Source of the DNA: Ruditapes philippinarum
Lineage: Eukaryota
Assembly (NCBI RefSeq): GCF_026571515.1
Contig: NW_026857357.1
Location: forward strand, 248,001 to 312,000
Reading direction: 5' to 3'
Length of the DNA stretch: 64,000 bases
Every line of letters begins with the position of its first letter. The first letter of the stretch is position 1. The translations under genes and the position numbers were made by a program. Positions 59,101 to 64,000 of the stretch are shown here, piece after piece. The notes beneath the pieces were generated by a model that had not been told where the DNA came from, did not search any database, and worked only from the letters and a program-made list of their open reading frames with translations.

Positions 59101-60280
59101 GACACAAATCTGAATTGAATATAAGATAATTGAAGTATCATGCCCACCAAGTGTAAGCCGGTGCCTCATAATACCGAGGTACTTAACAGTTTAACACAGA
59201 CAACAAAAGTTAGAAGAATAAAATACGGGAAAATACGTTGAATATTGTAGCAAAGACATGTCAATTATATCATTGTTTATTCCATTTAATGTTTGCATGT
59301 AAGCAATTATGTACACAACATGGCTATTAACATGTATCTACTGACTAGTTCTCACAATAATATTTCCAAGGCAATAACAATTTAACAGTTTCAAAAGCAA
59401 AACCAATAGTAATCTTTATTTGTTTAGTGCATTTTTATCCTGTCTGAAAGTGTGGATTTTCTCTATGGCATCATGCATGTACCAAATATCTAAATGGTTG
59501 TTTATTAAAGACAATTGTCTTGAAAGATATGAAAACTAAAAGTAAAATGGTGAAATAATATACTTGGTTCTTAATCTGAATAAAATAATAAATTTTCTCC
59601 GTCGTATATGTAGCATATCAATAACAATACAATTAAAAAGAAAAAAGTTTAACTACAGGCAGTTGCATGAGGTCTAGGAGACACTTGAGACTGTTTATCC
59701 CTTGTATCTTGGAATTATGGGTACCTTGGAAGTATGAGGCACCAGTGTAATTGGTAAGGGCACAAGTCAAATGAACTTAATTTTTTTGTCATAATTGTAT
59801 TCAATTTTGTATTTTCCGATGCAAACATAATCAATTATCCATTTGACCAACGGACATGTTTCAAATGATTATTTAGAATGTATGGGCAGTGGCGGATTCA
59901 GGCAAGCAGCCCCTCTCCCAGCTCAGCTCAAAGATACGTTCATGAACTGGGCTGGAATATGTTTTTGTCAGTTTCATGCCTTATTGGCTGTAGTGTACTC
60001 CCTTATCAAAACTTTAAATGCTGTCATCAGGTTGTTAATCAACTCCTTGGGGTAACGTTTAATTTTCAAAGGGAGTAGGGCAGTCTTTTGATATTTAGGC
60101 AGATTTTGTATTTTGTCCGTAACATTTTCCACACCATTATGCTACTGTCAAGCTCTTGAAATAGATTACTTATTCAACTGTTTAACTACTTTCAATTTTA
60201 TTTTGAGAATTAGAGGAAAATGTCAAACTCACCTGAGAAAAACGTAATTACAGACACGCTAATTATGGAATATGTAACTC
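50142..60280 (-). CDS. Uncharacterised secreted protein: two Ly6/uPAR (three-finger)-like Cys-rich modules plus Pro/Thr-rich (T[NK]PP)28 tail; start-codon exon not found
   Basis: Minus-strand exons 60280-60233, 57545-57445, 56312-56241, 55498-55348, 54329-54214, 53501-53433, 52475-52310, 50668-50142 have canonical AG/GT junctions and match in phase throughout. Product: ..VTYSIISVSVITFFSVTVSG-QTSDLTCKKCDRVASLDFCSGSQKCADDEVCYMDELITDQLTVVYTGGCRAKSVCKSGVGGSPSIGRRDLHKRGDLVACSRCCDLKRKSGGLDCNARLCGIKYTDTNSTRCYLCDNTK..CLSETTCQPNEACGSKR..YRYTCLPKLICTLL..VCGNIGKRAATEQCTACCGDGLCNSGTCEEILDRLYNLW..(TNPP)n..STNTTAIIG*. An AATAAA lies on the minus strand at 50053-50058. Confidence 0.88.
50221..50556 (-). repeat. 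Coding 12-bp tandem repeat, 28 units, encoding T[N/K]PP
   Basis: Variation is concentrated at synonymous third positions of the minus-strand frame and there are no frame-breaking indels, consistent with coding selection. Confidence 0.9.
51450..52140. repeat. 21-bp minisatellite (GGCTAGGTTTGGTGATTGTAT)n in the last intron of the three-finger gene
   Basis: Visible array with local 42-bp (dimer) and 63-bp (trimer) higher-order periodicity and degenerate edges. Confidence 0.92.
53751..53975. mobile_element. Degenerate ~220-bp MITE (TTAA-flanked family)
   Basis: CAGTGCAGACGAAAGATCA...AAATGGTTTTGTCCAGATT...AAAGGTTAA, homologous to 21030-21248. Confidence 0.5.
55990..56150 (-). mobile_element. Degenerate tRNA-derived SINE
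   Basis: Minus strand GCCATCCGGTTAGCTCAATAGG (A box)...ACTGTGAATCTGG... followed by GATTGATCATGAAATCCTTTCTATGGTCATT, resembling mollusc SINE bodies (recognition, not a search). Confidence 0.5.
57196..57437. repeat. 43-bp tandem repeat, ~5.5 copies (GAGACCCGAGTTATTTATAGAACAAGACAATTATGTCATAATT)
   Basis: GAGACCCGAG at 57282, 57325, 57368 and 57411. Confidence 0.92.
59154..59749. mobile_element. ~600-bp Tc1/mariner-like MITE
   Basis: Ends TAAGCCGGTGCCTCATAATACCGAGGTAC and GTACCTTGGAAGTATGAGGCACCAGTGTA form an imperfect ~27-bp TIR with TA at both ends. Confidence 0.65.
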
Positions 60281-63200
60281 CTGAAAAAGAAAGTACCAAA
60301 ACTTGAACAAAGATTTTTTTTTTCGTGTTAATTTAAAGTTTGTTTTAGCTGATACCTGGGGCTTATATAACAAGCTTCATGTTCGAGGGTAGATATATAA
60401 AAGTATAGTTTTAGTCAAATCAAGCCCAGATAATGTTTTTTTTTATCTTCTTTAGAAAGGGCAAACGCGTGCGTTTTAAAATGTTGTTATTATGGACTCA
60501 GAACATGTGAGATACTTATCACCTAAACAAATATCATTTGACGTACAAAAAATGTGTCATAAAGATAGCAAAATGTAAACAAAATGATATTTTGTGATAC
60601 TATCGAAATGCTACGTCATTATAAATGTATTCATTGCCAAAGAGAAGAAGAACTAAAAGATTAGTAATTCAAAATGGCCGAGGTGTAAAAATTGTAATAT
60701 GCTACAGATGATAAAAATGTAAGTAAAAGCTAAATAAATGCTTTTAGAGTTAAATGGGCCTTAAAAAGTACAATGATCGCATTACAATAAACGTTAGACA
60801 ATTTCAAGAAATCATATAACATTACCCAATTACTTATCCTCTAAGATAATACGTCGAAATGTTCTTGTGTCTGATTGCCCCGATAATTCGTAGCGTTCAA
60901 TGATATACAAGGTGTCACAGTTTCATCTACATGTGATTAATTTCAATTAAAAACATATATCTTTTAATGCTTATTCTACATCTGGATAAGATTTTTTGGG
61001 TTGAATTATGGAAATAATATTGGGCTCATGCTATATGTTGTAATGTGACAGACCAGGTTTATATGTAATAATGTGACAGACCTTAGACATGGCCTATTGA
61101 AATCTAAACTTTAAACTAAAGGTCGTCTAACGCGATGAAATTGAAACTGTTTTAGACCCAGTTATTTTGAAAAAAAAACTTCAGACTCTGTAGACTGGTA
61201 GAGTGCCATAGTAAAATGCAAAATACTGACCACTCCACTGGCACCGACCAGCTGTGGCAAAAACAAACAGCTAGATACGCAGGTGGTGATATTTGTTTTT
61301 AAAGAAATCGGTACCATGCGCATATTTCTTTATATTGCTATGGCCATGATGCTCAAATTTCTAAAAAAAAATCCAAAATTATTGAAAAAAAACAACTTAA
61401 AATTTGATGCCCTTGAATGTATTTGGTGATTGTAATAAAGTGCTTGGCACCTTAAAAAATTAAGGGTTCAGGTACACGACAAGTTTCGTTTCATAGTTTA
61501 ATAAATGTTGTACGAAAATAATCAGTACTGTTAAAAAAAGTATTTGGGAATTACACATAAAAGCATTAATAACGTAGGGTCTTATATAATATAAACGGCA
61601 TTATTGATAATTGTAGCAAATAAGACAATAAAAACAAATATCTTCTTAAAACACTTAAATAGTAGTACTATATAATAATATGTCTATATTTTATGACAGA
61701 AGTATAAATATAACAATAAATAAAAATAGGAAAATAAAAGTAAAGTAATAAAAGATAACGCCGAACCTTTCATGATCTTCTTTGTTGTGTATATGCCTAA
61801 ACTCTACAAACATGTGTCAAATTTTACATATATAACAATGAACTTATCTTTGACATCACGGAATTAGGTCATAGCAAGGTTATAGAGGGCAACATAAAGA
61901 TCGTCTGCTATTACATAAGAGGCAATATTTTATTAAGTCACCTATTATTTTCAATTAAATAAAATGTATAGTTGCTAAATATCTAGTGCAAGCTATCATT
62001 AAAGAAGGACTTATATCTATAATAAGTAACAATCCTTAAAATGTATCCATGTATTGTCTTGCTTTCATCATTCACGTACTAAAGCTCTCTTTAATATCAA
62101 CCTGTAAAAATTATTATATATATCTGACTTCAAGACGTATAAATAATTGTATAAATGTGATAGGTGTCAGTAGGCCCATTGGGCCGGGTGTTCTGATAAT
62201 TGTCTTCATTATTGTATATTGTATTGTTTAAAACACATGTCACTTTATTAAACAATTTACTTATTTTACTTACTTACTGTATACAAGATGCTATTTGAAT
62301 TTAAAAAAAGCAAATGGTATGTATGTATCAAGCTTGTATATTCCCTTAAATGATGTGTGGTGATTGAACAGGAACGCCTTTATTATATACGGTATGTTGA
62401 TTGTTTTCTTTTTGACATTGGTATGATTAAACTGCAATAATGATCGGTTCTTAAATCTGCAGTCCACGACTTATGATTTGTTTCGAAAAAGATTTTTTCT
62501 TCTTCTGAATATCCACTCAAAATAACATTTGAATTTCATAAACACCATATAGTAGTTTTTATGACCAGACTCCAGGTTTATATGGCAGATTCCCTATAAA
62601 TATCCTTTGTACTTTGGTCTTCCGGTTGAAAAGTCTGGTACCCGGAACTAAACACAAAATTGTAACATATTTTGTTTTAACCATGCAGTGCAAAAACGCA
62701 AAGAACATTCATAGAACACCAGTCACCATTACTAGTACACTTACCTCTTTCAAAATTTAATATTTTAGTAAATAATCGGTCCGGCAAATAAATCTATTTC
62801 ACTAATTCGTAAAATCTTTTCTAAATATTTAACAATATCTGTATAATGAATTAATTGTATGACAGTTCTGTCCAACTATCCATTAGCATTCTGGATAGTC
62901 TTGGTTAACATCAAGAATTATAAATAATGAAACTCGTACTATTGATATATCATTTGTAAACCCTGATGTTTCACTACCATACGTTTTTATATTGAAATCA
63001 CTTATTCATCAAATAAATCGAGTTTTTGATTAAATGATACATATACGTAAATTCATACATGTATATAGATACAATTTTTAATCTTTAAAACGGATTTCTG
63101 AGCTTGACCAGCCAAAACCCTTTGAGCTGTGCTTAATGAAACAAACACATGAAAAAACATACCTTATTATGAGCAATTAATTACAATATCAATAATTTTT

Positions 63201-63589
63201 CTATAACAATATAACAAAGATTTATTATTAACAATAGCTTTTCCTGAAAATCGTAAGTTTTGTTTTTTGTTATGTTTAATTTTAGTTTCCTATTACTACA
63301 GTAATCACTCGAAACATTTAAACCATGTCGTGAATCTTTTGGATGAATTAGCAAATTGAAACACCAATGCCTTCATACAATAGAAGAAATATTTTGAAAT
63401 CATATAAATCCGTACACGTCTTTGTAGAACCTTTCCTGTAAAATGTGATTCTGTTCACATCATTTGGTAGCGACGATTGAATTTGAGTGGTTGCTGAGAA
63501 GAAGTCCGGACAAAGGAGGAGTTGAAAGACAGTTGAGGGGCATTAATTTGTATAAAATAATCACTGTACCTACCGGAAATTGCTACTTA

Positions 63590-64000
63590 TCTGCAAACAT
63601 GTTCTTTGTAGTAAAGCTTCCTGTGGTGATTTGATACAATCTATTCGGTGGTTGCGGAGAACCAGTAAATACAGAAATAACAGCCAAAATATTATTAAAG
63701 GGACATAATTTTGTGTAACAAATCATTGGGAAGGAACAGACTGCTTATTTGCTCATCTGCTCTTGATAGTGAAGCTTTCAAGTTTCGTTGAATTCCATTC
63801 AGTGGTTGTTGAGATATAGTCCTTGCATAAATTATAGCTGAAAAATTAAAGACGAAACTGGAAAACCATAAAAGGACATCGCTTTGTGAAAAATCATCGT
63901 GTCAAATTTTTTATACATTTTTTTTCCAAATCATACAGATAAGATTTTCTCTTGATAGTGAAGCTTTCGATGAAGTGACGTTGAATTCCTGAGTAGTCGC
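63590..64000 (-). repeat. Partial HINE-type tandem-repeat core running off the window end
   Basis: Recurring TCTTGATAGTGAAGCTTTC..GTTGAATTCC and AAGG(G)ACAT motifs at ~63760 and ~63950. Confidence 0.55.

Noticed and set aside
62745-62830. Candidate first coding exon of the minus-strand three-finger gene (strong donor GAG|GTAAGT at 62745/62744)
   Set aside because: No in-frame ATG before an in-frame stop in the required phase. It may be a non-coding exon, but cannot be supported as CDS.

Overview
AT-rich, intron-containing animal genomic DNA, most likely from a bivalve mollusc (inferred from the repeat landscape and gene styles, not proven). I assembled six spliced protein-coding genes by hand from GT/AG junctions with consistent reading phases: (1) ER chaperone BiP/HSPA5 (+, 3074-6380, ends HDEL) with tandem ERSE elements in its promoter; (2) VAMP4 (+, 11319-18477, 7 small exons, largely missed by the ORF track); (3) a two-exon, divergent Golgi alpha-mannosidase II (GH38) (+, 26541-31201); (4) a secreted amidase-type peptidoglycan recognition protein with an N-terminal bacterial-type SH3b-like domain (+, ~34671-36867); (5) a Sulfotransfer_2 (CHST-type) carbohydrate sulfotransferase (+, main exon 46995-48086); (6) an uncharacterised secreted protein on the minus strand (50142-60280, at least 8 exons) with two Cys-rich Ly6/three-finger-like modules, each carrying an IG-RR/IG-KR site in the same loop, then 28 x T[NK]PP repeats and a C-terminal IIG. 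Intergenic and intronic DNA holds three full Helentron-type non-autonomous elements with internal tandem arrays, several MITEs (some nested), tRNA-derived sequences, a long hairpin, several minisatellites and one 226-N gap. There are no CRISPR arrays or rRNA genes. The best leads are the SH3b-PGRP fusion and the IG-dibasic three-finger/mucin precursor.
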